In this document: positions 39,646-52,847 of the stretch, piece by piece | How positions within the stretch are numbered: the stretch's first letter is position 1 | Layout of the letters: the number at the start of each line of letters is the position of its first letter | NCBI GenBank assembly: GCA_964016885.1 | Contig: OZ024761.1 | Location: 1,736,001 to 1,800,000 of the forward strand | Direction: 5' to 3' | DNA length: 64,000 nt | Source: Eledone cirrhosa | Taxonomy: Eukaryota | The notes under the pieces: model-generated | What the model was told of the DNA's origin: nothing | The model's database searches: none | What the model saw: the letters and a program-made list of their open reading frames with translations, nothing else | Position numbers and translations under genes: made by a program

Positions 39646-39783
39646 AATGTCAACCACTGATGTTTGGACCTTACTGTCAACAACAATGTAACTGTATAAA
39701 CAACACAGTTTGTGACAGGATCACTGGAGCATGCCCTAACAATACCTGTCCACGTGGATTTCAAGGAATTGACTGCCAACAAG
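39646..39783 (+). CDS. EGF-repeat receptor exon E12
   Basis: tgtcag| ... |gtaata; 138 bp; CQPLMFGPYCQQQCNCINNTVCDRITGACPNNTCPRGFQGIDCQQ. Confidence 0.9.
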
Positions 39784-39994
39784 GTAATACATTAATTCTT
39801 CCTCCTTCTCCCCATTTTGGGGGACATTTTTTTCATTTTCATTCTTTTAATGTATGAGTTAGATGATGGTCAGGAGGGGTGCCACCGTTATGGCCAACTA
39901 GGCAATCACCTCAGAGAGGTTCATTACTGAACCTTAAAGGATCAGTTTTATACATGACTAGTGCTACTATTAAGGCCAGCTAGGCAGCTATCCA

Positions 39995-40700
39995 AACATG
40001 TACAACACACAGCCTCAGATCAAGTCACTTGCCAGACATGTACAACGCACAGCCTCAGATCAAGTCACTTGCCAGACATGTACAACACACAGTCTCAGAT
40101 CAAGTCACTTGCCAGATGTGTACAACACACAATCTCAGATCAAGTCATTTACCAGACATGTTCAACACAGTCTCAGATCAAGTCACCTGCCAGACATGTA
40201 CAACACACAGTCTCAGATCAAGTCACTTGCCAGATGTGTACAACACACAATCTCAGATCAAGTCATTTACCAGACATGTTCAACACAGTCTCAGATCAAG
40301 TCACCTGCCAGACATGTACAACACACAGCCTCAGATCAAGTCACTTGCCAGATGTGTACAACACACAGTCTCAGATCAAGTCATTTACCAGACATGTTCA
40401 ACACAGTCTCAGATCAAGTCACTTGCCAGATGTGTACAGCACAACCTCAGATCAAGTCATTTACCAGACATGTTCAACACAGTCTCAGATCAAGTCACTT
40501 GCCAGATGTGTACAACACACAATCTCAGATCAAGTCATTTACCAGACATGTTCAACACAGTCTCAGATCAAGTCACCTGCCAGACATGTACAACACACAG
40601 TCTCAGATCAAGTCACTTGCCAGATGTGTACAGCACAACCTCAGATCAAGTCACTTGCCAGACATGTACAACACAGTTTCAGATCAAGTCACTTGCCAGA
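39995..40700. repeat. 38-40-bp minisatellite
   Basis: cagatcaagtcacttgccagacatgtacaacacacagtct, ~18 copies; open in all three + frames. Confidence 0.92.
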
Positions 40701-40919
40701 CTCCAAAAGTTCTTTCCCAAAATATTAATGGAAGATTGTTAATTTAAATATGAACATTTTTAAACCAGTGTTTTTGTACCATAAAACCTGTGCTGGTGGT
40801 TTCAAGTGGATTGGTATGAAAGGGTTATAGTGTATTATTATCAGTAACTTTGTGTCAGTGAAATTAAAGACATTGTTTGGGGAATATTTTAAGAATGGCT
40901 TTTTATTTTCTATTATCAG

Positions 40920-41057
40920 CTTGTGTTAATGGTACCTTTGGAGTTCTGTGTAATGGTGTATGTCATTGTGAAAACAACACACCATGTAACAGAGAAACTG
41001 GATTGTGTGAAGATGAGAAATGTGAGCCAGGTTATATGGGACCTGACTGTCAAACAG
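40920..41057 (+). CDS. EGF-repeat receptor exon E13
   Basis: tatcag| ... |gttggt; 138 bp; CVNGTFGVLCNGVCHCENNTPCNRETGLCEDEKCEPGYMGPDCQT. Confidence 0.92.
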
Positions 41058-41094
41058 GTTGGTATACTAAATCTATGTCTACCATAATGTCTCA

Positions 41095-41840
41095 CTATCT
41101 ATATAACAACACAGCCATGTCTGTCCCTATATGATAACAAAACAGCTCTGTCTGTCCCTATATGATAACAACAGAGCTCTGTCTGTCCCTATATGATAAC
41201 AACACTGCTCTGTATCTATATGATAATAACACAGTCCTGTCTGTATCTATATAACAACACAGTGATGTCTGTCCCTATATGATAACAACACAACTCTGTC
41301 TGTCCATCATCATCATCATCATCATCAAGGTTTAGCGTCCGTGTTCCACGCTTGCATGGGTTTGGACGGGGGTTTTCCCACTTTAGGCAAGAGTGGTTGT
41401 CTTGCTCGCATAGGACTGTCTGGCGGGTTTTCTACAGCTGGATGCCCTTCCGAACACCAACCACATTTACAGTGTGGGGCTGGGAGGTTTTTTTGTCGTG
41501 ACACCTACACGATCTCATTTGTTTCGGCCTGGATGTTGTGGCACCAACATAACTTTACATTGAGAGGGGCGGTGTGGATGGGGTGGGGGTGGGTGGGGGG
41601 GGGGGGGGGGGGGTTTGATAGAGATGCCTACTGGCTGTAGTAGGTTTTACTTTGTATTTAGGTAAGGCGGGTCTTCTCTATTACTGAGTACCGCCAAAGG
41701 TCTTGGTCCAGTGACATTGTCTTGGAGAGGTGTAAGCGTGTGTGATATATGTCTACCATAATGCGTGTGTCCATATATGATAACAACACGGCCATGTCTG
41801 TCCCTATATGATAACAACACAACCATATATGATAAAAGAA
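41095..41840. repeat. ~31-bp minisatellite (ctgtctgtccctatatgataacaacacag) interrupted by an RTE 3' fragment
   Basis: Units at 41095-41305 and again after 41760. Confidence 0.75.
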
Positions 41841-41875
41841 AAGTAATTTGATTAAGTTTTTGTTCTCTTATTCAG

Positions 41876-42013
41876 TTTGTCCCTCTGGGAGATTTGGTGA
41901 GTTATGTGAGCAGGTATGTCATTGTCTTGAAAATGTCACTTGTAATTACATCACTGGTCAATGTCTAGAAGACAGGTGTGAGATTGGCTACCAAGCACCT
42001 GACTGTCAGACAG
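41876..42013 (+). CDS. EGF-repeat receptor exon E14
   Basis: attcag| ... |gtaagt; 138 bp; CPSGRFGELCEQVCHCLENVTCNYITGQCLEDRCEIGYQAPDCQT. Confidence 0.92.
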
Positions 42014-42083
42014 GTAAGTTATACAATATTCAGTGCCACTTTAATGTCTTATACACCACTTTGTCATTTACACTAAGCATGTA

Positions 42084-45000
42084 GTCTATCTGGTCATTTA
42101 CAGTCCAGTGTGTGGTCTACCTGGTCATTTACAGTCCAGTGTGTGGTCTATCTGGTCATTTACAGTCCAGTGTGTGGTCTACCTGGTCATTTACAGTCCA
42201 GTGTGTGGTCTACCTGGTCATTTACAGTGTAGCGACTAGCGCCACCTTGCCCGGGGAGAAAAAACTAATTGGAGTTACTTCCCATTGAATTCTAGAAGAT
42301 TCCTTGAACTTCCGGTCTCGGGATTATAAAGGAGGGAGAAAAGAGACATCTTAGCTTATTTGGCGACCGGCTCTCAGACAGTTCACTCACAAGCGAGTTT
42401 GTTAACCTTATTATATCTGTATCGAATTTAATTAATGGTTGGCCTGCAGTGGCGTTTACCAAAGTAAATAACCAAGTGACCAATTCACTAAAGAGGTGAC
42501 CCCGTTTGAACATATAATTTCTACCGACGTTTTGAAAAAGAAAATCATCTTTCTCGACCAAATTTCATCATGAGCAACACATCGTTACCAGCGTATTCTG
42601 GCGATGCCAAATTGTGGTTCGCCCAGCTTGATGCGTATTTTGTGGTCAACAGTGTACAGGAAAAACAGCAAAAATTAAACGTGCTAATCAGCGGAATTCC
42701 AGCTTCACTAGTGATTACAGTAAAAGACATAATCAAGAACCATCCCCAAGGCGTTTCCTACGAGTCTCTGAAGACAGAGGTACTGCGTAGGAACTGTAGG
42801 TCACCTGAGAGTAAATTTTGTTCCTTATTAGAGGATGAAAATATGGGGGACAGAACTCCTACAGAGTTTTTACGGCGTATCTGTGAACTCAGTGATGCTG
42901 CACCCGAAGACAGTTCCTTCATAAAAAAAGTTCTTCTTCTCCCGTTTGCCAACTAATGTGAAAACCATATTAGCGAATACGGTTGACAGAACAAATTTCT
43001 GCCTCTGCGGACAGAATTATGGAATTTTCTAGAGAACCTACCTCGGCTGATTCGGTCATTGCCTCTTCTGCTTTCAAAACCCAGCCTGCTTCACCTCGTG
43101 AGGACTCAATGTTGAGAGCCATTGACACACTAACTAGGCAAGTAGCTAAACTATGTAGGGATCGAACGCCATCTAGATGGCGCTCACAAAGTCGGTCCTC
43201 TTCCTTTCACCGTCGCGCCAACCTCCCGGCCAACAACTCGTCTTTGTGTTGGTATCACATGCGTTTCGTGAAAAGGCGAAACATTATATTCAGCCCTGCT
43301 CTTTCGAGACCTCAGAAAACTAAAATTGGAGAGTCTGGGTACGGCAGATCTCTCCCTCATTAATTGACCTTATCGTGCTTTTTTCATTAGAGACCGAGTT
43401 TCAAACAAATCATTCATGGTCGACACAGGATCAAGTTGCAGTATTTGGCCCTTACGGTTCAACACTACCAAGCCAACTCTTTCCAGCATTTCTTTGTATG
43501 TAGTAAACCAGTCTCCTATAAAAACTTATGGACAAATATCTTTAACATTGGACCTAGCTTTAAGTCGACATTTCAAATGGATTTTTGTCATTGCCGACTT
43601 ACCTCATCCTATTCTCGGTGCGGATTTCTTACAGCACTTTTCACTTTTGGTAGATGTCAGGAACCAGAAACTTGTGGATAGTACCACATCCTTATCTACG
43701 CCTACTCGTAAATCTACCACTACTGCTGTCAGTCCGTCATATTTTGTGGCTGCCGCTGGAAACCAGTTTCATGCACTCCTTACTTCGTTTCCTGAGTTAA
43801 CGGATATTTCATTTAAACCTACTCAGGCAGTCCACTCAACTCAACACTTTGTTACAACAACTGGTCCACCTGTTTTCTCTCGTCCACGAAGGTTGGCGCC
43901 GGATAGACTAAAAAAAGCACAAAACGAGTTCGACCATATGATCCAGCTCGGTTTTATACGACTGTCCACCAGCCCATGGGCATCTCCGCTTCACTTGGCT
44001 CGTAAGGGTGAAGCGGATTTTAGACCTGTAGGAGATTATCGATGACTTAATGCCATCACCACGCCGGACCGTTATCCTCTACCAAATTTACAGGATTTTT
44101 CATCCGTTCTGCATGGATGCAAGATATTTTCCAAAAATAGATCTAATACGTGCATACCACCAGATACTCATGAATCCAGAGGATATACCAAAAACAGCTG
44201 TGACCACCTCCTTTGGTTCATTTGAATTCCTGTCCATGCCTTTTGGTTTGCGGAATGCTTCTAGTACGTTCCAGCGTTTTATCGATGAAGTCACGCATGG
44301 ATTGGATTTCGTGTTTGCTTACGTTGATTATCTCCTGATAGCCAGTGATTTGGATGAACACCATCATCAACATCTATCTCAGTTATTTCAACGTCTCCTT
44401 TTTAAAGGCTGCGAAAAAGAAAGATGCTCCTATTTCACTTTCTGCCGATGCTTTGCTGTCTTTTGAATCCGTCAAGTCTGAGATAGCTGAAGTTTCCTTA
44501 CTCGCCCATTCTGTTGCAAGCGCAAGACTTTCTTTATCTGTTGACGCATCCGATCATGCTGTTGGAGCAGTCTTGCAACATGCGATCGACCACCAGGTTC
44601 AACCACTGGCGTTTTTCTCATGCCAACTAAAACCAGCAGAGCAACGTTACAGTACTTTTGACAGAGAGCTTTTAGCAGTTTATCTTGCTGTGAGACACTT
44701 CCACCATCTTCTTGAAGGTCGGGAGTTCACGGTATTCACAGACCATAAACCACTCACATTCGCCCCTCAAACCAAGTCCGACAGATACTCTCCAAGGGCA
44801 TACAGACATTTGGATTTCATCTCCCAGTACACCAGTGACATTCGTCATATAGCTGGAGCTGCCAACATACCCGCGGACGCATTATCTCGACTTTCTGTGT
44901 GTTCTCTTGCATCTCCTGCACATATCGATTTAGTTGCCATTGCAACTGACCAACCTACGCTGGATTCGCTGGACATTTCCTCTGACCAGTTCTCCTGCTG

Positions 45001-48000
45001 CAAATTGGAATATTTACCTCTTCCATCTTTTGAAGGAAAAATTCTCTGCGATATTTCTACTGGCTCACCCAGACCACTTGTTCCAGATTGCCATCAATGT
45101 ATCATTTTTGATGCACTTCATTCCTTGTCACTTCCCAGCATAGCTGCCACAGTGAAGCTTATTACGGCTCGATTTTTCTGGCCTAATATGCGTCGTTTAA
45201 TCACCGGTTGGGCACGTTCTTGTTTGAAGTGTCAGCGCTCTAAGATTTATCGGCATGTCCACGCTCCTCTTGGGAAATTCAGCCCGCCAGACGCACGTTT
45301 CCGTCATATTCACATGGATATTGTTGGTCCATGGCCCGTTAGTCGTGGGTTCACATACATATTGACTTGTATCGATCGTTTCTCTCGGTGGCCTGAAGCC
45401 ATACCCTTAGTGGACATAACAGCAGAATCCGTTGCCCTAGCTTTCATTTCCAATTGGATTGCTCGCTTTGCTGTTCCTACTAAAATAACTACGGATCGTG
45501 GACACCAATTTGAAGCTTCCTTATTTCGTGAAATATCACGACTCTTGGGTGCTCATCACATTCATATGACCAGCTATCATCCAGCCTCCAATGGAATGGT
45601 CAAGAGGTTTCATAGGCAGTTGAAAGCTGCACTTCGCGCTACTCCTGATCCGCAATGTTGGACCGAATTTTTGCCAATCGTGCTTCTTGGTTGTTGTTCT
45701 GCCATTAAGACAGATTTAGGTTTTTCTTCTGCTGAACTTCTTTATGGTACCACATTGTCTCTTCCTGGACAAATGTTAGCACCAGTGGATTCATCACATC
45801 TTGACCCAGCATCATATGTCACCAGGATTCATTCATATTTCTCGGATCTTCCACCAATGAACCCTCGTGACCAATCTATTTCTTCTGCTGTCCCATCGGA
45901 CATCTCTACATGGACACATTTTCATATGGAATGATTCCGTCAAGGGACCTCTTACGTCACCCTACAATGGACCTTTTTGTGTGCTTTCGTACACACCAAA
46001 ACACTTTACAGTGGCTGTCAATGGTTGAAAAGAGGTAATATCCGTTGACAGAGCAAAGAAGGCTTTCTCTGAAAGTCTCACATCATTGCCTGACATACCT
46101 CGCACATACACTCCGACACAAACACCTTCACCTCCACCGCAAACACCAAATACCACACAACCATATGTCACACGAAGTGGCAGGACAGTAATATGGCCAC
46201 GGAAACTCTCAAAAACAATATTCGTTTAACGCCTAGTAGCATTAACTATTTGACTTTGAAAAATTTTGAACGTATTTTCAGCACTATTTTCCTGGCTCCC
46301 TTGTACTGTTTTGAATTGTATTGTTCCAGTTGCATTTTTCTGCATGTTTATTTTCGTGATTTGCTTCTGTTACAAACCATTGTAATTTATGTACCTTTTG
46401 TTTTAATTGCTCCTTATTCTATGGCTCCTCGCTACAATGATCTTACGGTTATTATCAACCATCGTCTGGAGGGGAGACTTGTAGCGAATAGCGCCACCTT
46501 GCCCGGGGAGAAAAGACTAATTGGAGTTACTTCCCGTTGGATTCTAGAAGATTCCTTGAACTTCCAGTCTATAAGGATTATAAAGGAGGGAGAAAAGAGA
46601 CATCTTAGCTTATTTGGCGACCGGCTCTCAGACAGTTCACTCACGAGCGAGTTTGTTAACCTTATTATATCTGTACCGAATTTAATTAGTGGTTGGCCTG
46701 CAGTGGTGTTTACCTAAGTAAATAACCCTAAGACCAATTCACTTAAACAGTTTAGTGTGTGGTCTACCTGGACATTTACAGTTCAGTGTGTGGTCTACCT
46801 GGTCATTTACAGTCTAGTATGTGGTCTACCTGGTCATTTACAGTCCAGTGTGTGGTCTACCTGGTCATTTACAGTCCAGGGTGTGGTATACCTGGTCATT
46901 TACAGTCCAGTGTGTGGTCTACCCGGTCATTTACAGTCCAGGGTGTGGTATACCTGGTCATTTACAATCCAGGGTGTGGTATACCTGGTCATTTACAGTC
47001 CTTTGTGTAGTCTCCCTGGTCATTTACAGTCCAGTATGTGGTCTATCTGGTCATTTACAGTCCAGTATGTGGTCTACCTGGTCATTTACAGTCAAGTATG
47101 TGGTCTACCTGGTCAATTACAGTCCAGTGTGTGGTCTACATAGTCATTTACAGTCCAGTGTGTGGTCTACCTGGTCATTTACAGTCCTTTGTGTAGTCTC
47201 CCTGGTCATTTACAGTCCAGTATGTGGTCTATCTGGTCATTTACAGTCCAGTATGTGGTCTAACTGGGCATTTACAGTCAAGTATGTGGTCTACCTGGTC
47301 AATTACAGTCCAGTGTGTGGTCTACATAGTCATTTACAGTCCAGTGTGTGGTCTACCTGGTCATTTACAGTCCTTTGTGTAGTCTCCCTGGTCATTTACA
47401 GTCCAGTATGTGGTCTATCTGGTCATTTACAGTCCAGTATGTGGTCTACCTGGTCATTTACAGTCAAGTATGTGGTCTACCTGGTCAATTACAGTCCAGT
47501 GTGTGGTCTACATAGTCATTTACAGTCCAGTGTGTGGTCTACCTGGTCATTTACAGTCCTTTGTGTAGTCTCCCTGGTCATTTACAGTCCAGTATGTGGT
47601 CTATCTGGTCATTTACAGTCCAGTATGTGGTCTAACTGGGCATTTACAGTCCAGTGTGGTCTACCTGGTCAATTACAGTCCAGTGTGTGGTCAACCTGGT
47701 CATTTAGTCTAGTATGTGGTCTACCTGGTCATTTACAGTCCAGTATGTGGTCTAGCTGGTCATTTACAGTCCAGTGTGTGGTCTACCTGGTCATGTACAG
47801 TCCAGTATGTGGTCTACCTGGTAATTTACAGTCCAGTGTGTGGTCAACCTGGTCATTTACAGTCCAGTGTGTGGTCTACCTGGTTATTTACAGTTCAGTA
47901 TGTGGTCTACCTGCTTATTTACAGTCCAGTGTGTGGTTTACCTGGTTATTTACAGTCCAGTGTGTGGTCTACCTGGTCATTTACAGTCCTGTCTGTGGTC

Positions 48001-48960
48001 TACCTGGTACTTTACAGTCCAGTGTGTGGTCTACCTGATTATTTACAGTCCAGTGTTTTGTCTACCTGGTCATTTACAGTTCAGTGTGTGGTCTACCTGG
48101 TCGTTTACAGTCCAGTGTGTGGTCTCCCTGGTTATGTACAGTCCAGTGTGTGGTCTACCTGGTCATTTACAGGTGTATGGTCTACCTGGTCATTTACAGT
48201 CCAGTGTGTGTTCTACCTGGTCATTTACCGTACAGTGTGGTCTACCTGGTCATTTACAGTACAGTGTGCGGTCTACTTGGTCATTTATAGTCCAATGTGT
48301 GGTCTACCTGGTCATTTACAGTACAATGTGTGGTCTACCTGTTCATTTACAGTACAGTGTGTGGTCTTTCTGGTCATTTACAGCCCAGTGTGTGGTCTAC
48401 CTGGTCATTTACAGTACAGTGTGTGGTGTATGCTTGTCATCTTCAGTAGTGTGTGGTGTATGCTTGTCATCTTCAGTAGTGTGTGGTCTACCTGGTCATT
48501 TACAGTACAGTGTGTGGTCTACCTGGTCATTTACAGTACAGTGTGTGGTCTACCTGGTCATTTTCAGTACAGTGTGTTCTACCTGGTTATTTACAGTACA
48601 GTGTGTGGTCTACCTGGTTATTTGCAGTCCAGTGTGTGGTCTACCTTGTTATTTACAGTCCAGTCTGTGGTCTACCTGGTCATTTAACTTCCATTGTTTG
48701 GTCTACCTAGTCATTTACAGTCCAGTGTGAGGTCTTCCTGGTCATTTAGATTTCAGTGTGATCTACCTGGTTATTTACAGTACAGTGTGTGGTCTACCTG
48801 GTTATTTACAGTCCAGTCTGTCGTCTACCTGGTTATTTACAGTCCAGTTTGTGGTCTACCTGGTCATTTACAGTAGAGTGTGTGGTCTACCTGGCCATTT
48901 ACTGTACAGTGTGTGCTCTACCTGGTCATTTAGAAATTAGTGTGTGGTCTACCTGGTTAT
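42084..48960. repeat. 31-bp satellite (ggtctacctggtcatttacagtccagtgtgt), split by the LTR element
   Basis: ~4.5 units before and ~70 units after the insertion. Confidence 0.95.
42228..46746 (+). mobile_element. Decayed Ty3/Gypsy LTR retrotransposon
   Basis: LTRs 42228-42492 and 46480-46746 (start TGTAGCGA); TSD acag; PBS-like ggtgacccc (tRNA-Trp type); PPT ggaggggag; gag (LWFAQLDAYF), protease VDTGS, RT (MPFGL, YVDY), RNase H DAS, integrase; frameshifts and stops. Confidence 0.93.
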
Positions 48961-49149
48961 TCACATAGAACCAAGTGTGGAGGTGTGATGGGGTTTGGTA
49001 ACATAGAACCAGGGGTGGAGGTATGATAGGGTTTGATAACATTGGACCAGGCATGGTGGTGTGATGGGGTTTGGTAACATAGAACCAGCGGTGGAGGGTT
49101 TCCTGTTGTTTAGTAACAAATGTGTTAATGTTTGTTGTTTGCCCTACAG

Positions 49150-49293
49150 AGTGTCCAGTAGGGAAATTTGGCTCTCAGTGTCAGCAACAGTGCCACTGTG
49201 TCATCGATGAAGGATGTAACTATAAGAATGGCTCCTGTGCATCTGGATGTAAAGATAGTTACCAAGGAGATAGCTGTCAAGAAAAACAAACAA
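49150..49293 (+). CDS. EGF-repeat receptor exon E15 (membrane-proximal)
   Basis: ctacag| ... |gtgagg; 144 bp; CPVGKFGSQCQQQCHCVIDEGCNYKNGSCASGCKDSYQGDSCQEKQT. Confidence 0.88.
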
Positions 49294-49516
49294 GTGAGGC
49301 CTTTGTCGTTTGACCTTTCACCTATCTAGTTTGACCTGTCTACTTTCATGTTTCACTTTTCATTCCTTAACCATATAGCGCTGTTTTTTTTTTTGTTTTG
49401 TGATTGTTAAAGGGCAGGCAGTATCATAATAACGATGTTATATATATAAATATATATATATAAATTAATAAAAACAATGAATAAAAACAAAGAACAAGTT
49501 CCTTATATTAAAAAAT

Positions 49517-49692
49517 TCATCATTTTACGATCGTTTCTAGGATATATATGTGTTGGTATGTATATCATATAGATCTATGTATTATATGTGAGTTGGTATG
49601 TATATCATATAGATATATGTAAAAATTTTACAAACTATCAGAGGAAATATACATACCTTCACATATATATATGCTGTCTTCAGAAATAATGA
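49517..49692 (-). ncRNA. Hammerhead ribozyme with ~140-nt extended stem II
   Basis: Minus strand: TCATTATTT CTGAAGA [long imperfect hairpin] GAAA CGATCGTA AAATGATGA. Confidence 0.65.
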
Positions 49693-52600
49693 TATATATA
49701 TATATATATATCATCATCATCGATTAACGTCCAACTTCCACGCTAGCATGGGTTAGATGGGTCCTATTTAGAGGCAAGTTGTGTCAAGTGACCATATCTT
49801 GCTCTTATAGGGGTGGTTCTGGCTGGTTTTCTAACGCGAACCACATTTATATATATATATAGTATGGGTTAGACGAGATGTCCCATTGTGAGACAAGCCA
49901 GATCAGATGACCGTCCATGTCTTGCTCATACAGAACTGTTTCTGGTTTGGTTTCTATGGCTAGATGCACTTCCCAATGCCAACCACATTACAGTGTGCAC
50001 TGGGTGCTTTTTGTTATGACACCTATACAACCACTTTACAGACTGGACTGGGTGCTGCATGGAAAGTTGTGGGGGTGGCATGGATAAAAATAAGTATCAG
50101 TAATAATAGTCTTCTTCTTTTTTGCCCACTTATTCCTAAGAGGGTTGTGGGGACAGAGTCCTCAAACACTCCTTCCAGCAGGTCCTATCAGAAGCAACTA
50201 TCTCCAACTGATTCGGCTGGATCCCCAAGCATGACCATCCAAGCTCAAGGATGTTATTCAACCATCTTGCTCAGGGTCTACCCCTGGGTCTCCTTCCGGT
50301 TCGTTTTGCCCGTAAAATCTGTCCAGTGATTCTTTCCTGAGATATTCTAACCACATGTCCAATACTATCCGGTTTCATGGAGTGAAGCGACTGAGAGTAC
50401 GAGACTCCACCCTGGACAGAACGCCAGTCCATCGCAGAGTTAAACCTCCAGCTGTTGCTGGTACTCATTTTCAGCTGAGTATATTGGAGCAACGTGAAAT
50501 GAAGTGTTTTGCTCAAGAACACAACACACAACCCAACCCAGGAATCGAACCCACGACATTATGATCATAAGTCCAACACCCTTACCACTAGGCCACTTGC
50601 CTCCACTGGGTAGTGACAGTAGTGACACACAAAAAATAGTGTTGTGTGTTTGTGAATGTGTGCGTGTGTGTACCCACATGACATTTATATAAGTATGTCT
50701 ACCCTTGTAGATGTGGTTGTGGGTCCCACACGAGGAGAGATAAGTTTTAACACCATCGATTGGCATTCACGAAACATTTTTCATGCAGCAATGAAATCTA
50801 TCTTGCAGTTTATTACATGTATGTATATTTTTTTGTATTCCACATCAGTTAGTGTACATGTTGTTGCATTTACTTTAACCTCTAGCAGTCTCGGAATTTT
50901 TATGACGCTACATTATATATTCAGGGGAGATCACTCTGTTGGCGAATTTTTATGAATTGCTTTTCTTTAAACTGCAGTATTTATTAAGGAGAGGTTACTC
51001 TATTGGGGAATTTTTATGAATTGCTTCATTTTACACTGCATTTACATTACTCTATATTTACTATTATATTTTCATGGTAAAGGCTTCTTTACCTTACATA
51101 ATTATCTCACATAATATCGAATCTATGAGATTTTAATATTATCTATTTTGAGAACAATACCTTAACATAATCATGAGCAACTAGTTATGGCCGGTTTAAA
51201 CAGAAAGAGGTGAGAGATTCTGGCCAGATATGGTCGGTTTAAATGCTAAAGGGTTAAGGGTGGTTACACTATCGGCGACTTAACCCTCTGGAGGCACCAG
51301 GCGCATTAACATAATATATTACAATGTTATTATTAAATATTTAAAAAATTTGATATGCGATAAACATAACATGTACATAAATTGTAGAGCATATACAAAT
51401 GGATGTGTGTTCTGGTAGTTTTGGGAGGAAAATATAATTATTGTGTGGGAGAGGGAGACATGCCCTCCTGCCCAATTCCACCGCCCCTGAAGTGATATGT
51501 GTGTAAGTATCTTTGTGTGTGTGTTTTAAAGACACGATTACATTCAGTTTCTTTATTACAGACTTCTCATATTCTAAGCTTTAGTAATAAAAAACATTTA
51601 CTGCAATAATCTATATAATTATATATAGGAAAACACAAACACACATACACACAATACAAACACTTTAACAATTTCAATTACAACTTACAGATACAGGATT
51701 TGCTCTCCTTGGATAACAAAAACACAAAATTATTATTACATTATGATTACCTCCCTCGTGCTTGATGAGATTCCATGTAAATAACATCGGCCTCTTGGTA
51801 TTGCCTGAGTGATAAGCAACACTAACATATATATGGTCATTAAGACCTCTTCTAGAGTTCTCTTTGAAACATTAGTGTATATATGTATATATATAGTGTA
51901 TGTGTGTGTGTGAGTGAAGGCGCATGACTTAGTGGTTAGAGTGTTGGGCTTGCAATCAGGAGGCTGTGAATTTGATTTTTTTGACCGGGTGATGCATTGT
52001 GTCCTTGAGCAAGACACTTTATTCATGTTGCTCCAGTTCACTCAGCTGTAGAAATGAATTGCAACATCACTGGTGCCAAGCTGTATTTCCCTAGGACAAT
52101 ATTGGTTGTTGGACAGGGGAGACTGGTATGCATGGACGACTGCTGCTCTTCTATTGCTGCCTTGGAGGGGAACTTTCTAGGTGCAAAACCATGGTCATTA
52201 GCGACCGATGGGGCCCTTAAAAAGAATATATATATAGTTAGACTTTGTTTACAAACCAAAGAATTTAAGAGTTTAGTTATTAAGTGCCTTAAACTCTTAA
52301 ATTCTTTGGTATGTAAACAAACTATATCACAGCTCTTCATGATTCTCTCATTGTATTCAGCTGAAAGATACCTAGTAAATGAGAAAAATTTACTCTCATT
52401 AATATTACTATTAAAATATATACTAAACATTTTCCGGTATGCTATGTTGTTAGACGAGATGAATCGATTGAGGTATCTATATTTTATTTAATTATGATGG
52501 GTCCCCTTTGGATGAAACATGTGTAAATTAAATTATGATATAATTAACAGTTTGGTAATATATTTAATGTGAAATTCACTCTACATGTGGATAAACCTGC

Positions 52601-52774
52601 ATATTAGGAATTGATATATCTTCTTTTTTTTTAAATTGTATGTAGCCTTATGTACAGTTTATTGTAATGAATATTGTATTTAGAGCTGATATAACTTTTT
52701 CACATACATCTTTCCAATTTCTATATTTGAAAACGAATATCTCTATCTATCTATCTATATATTTATATCCTCAG

Positions 52775-52847
52775 ATTTATTGCTGCTGGTTGGAGTTCCT
52801 GTCATTTCCTTCTTCATTCTCCTACTTATTGGTATTCTTTGCTGCAA
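52775..52847 (+). CDS. Transmembrane exon E16
   Basis: cctcag| ... |gtatgt; phase 1-2; NLLLLVGVPVISFFILLLIGILCCK. Confidence 0.85.

Noticed and set aside
39961-40747. Three overlapping ~240-255-aa ORFs
   Set aside because: Stop-free 40-bp repeat open in all three + frames
46757-48940. Long ORFs and a CRISPR-like 31-bp periodicity
   Set aside because: Head-to-tail satellite without unique spacers; no cas genes; eukaryotic context
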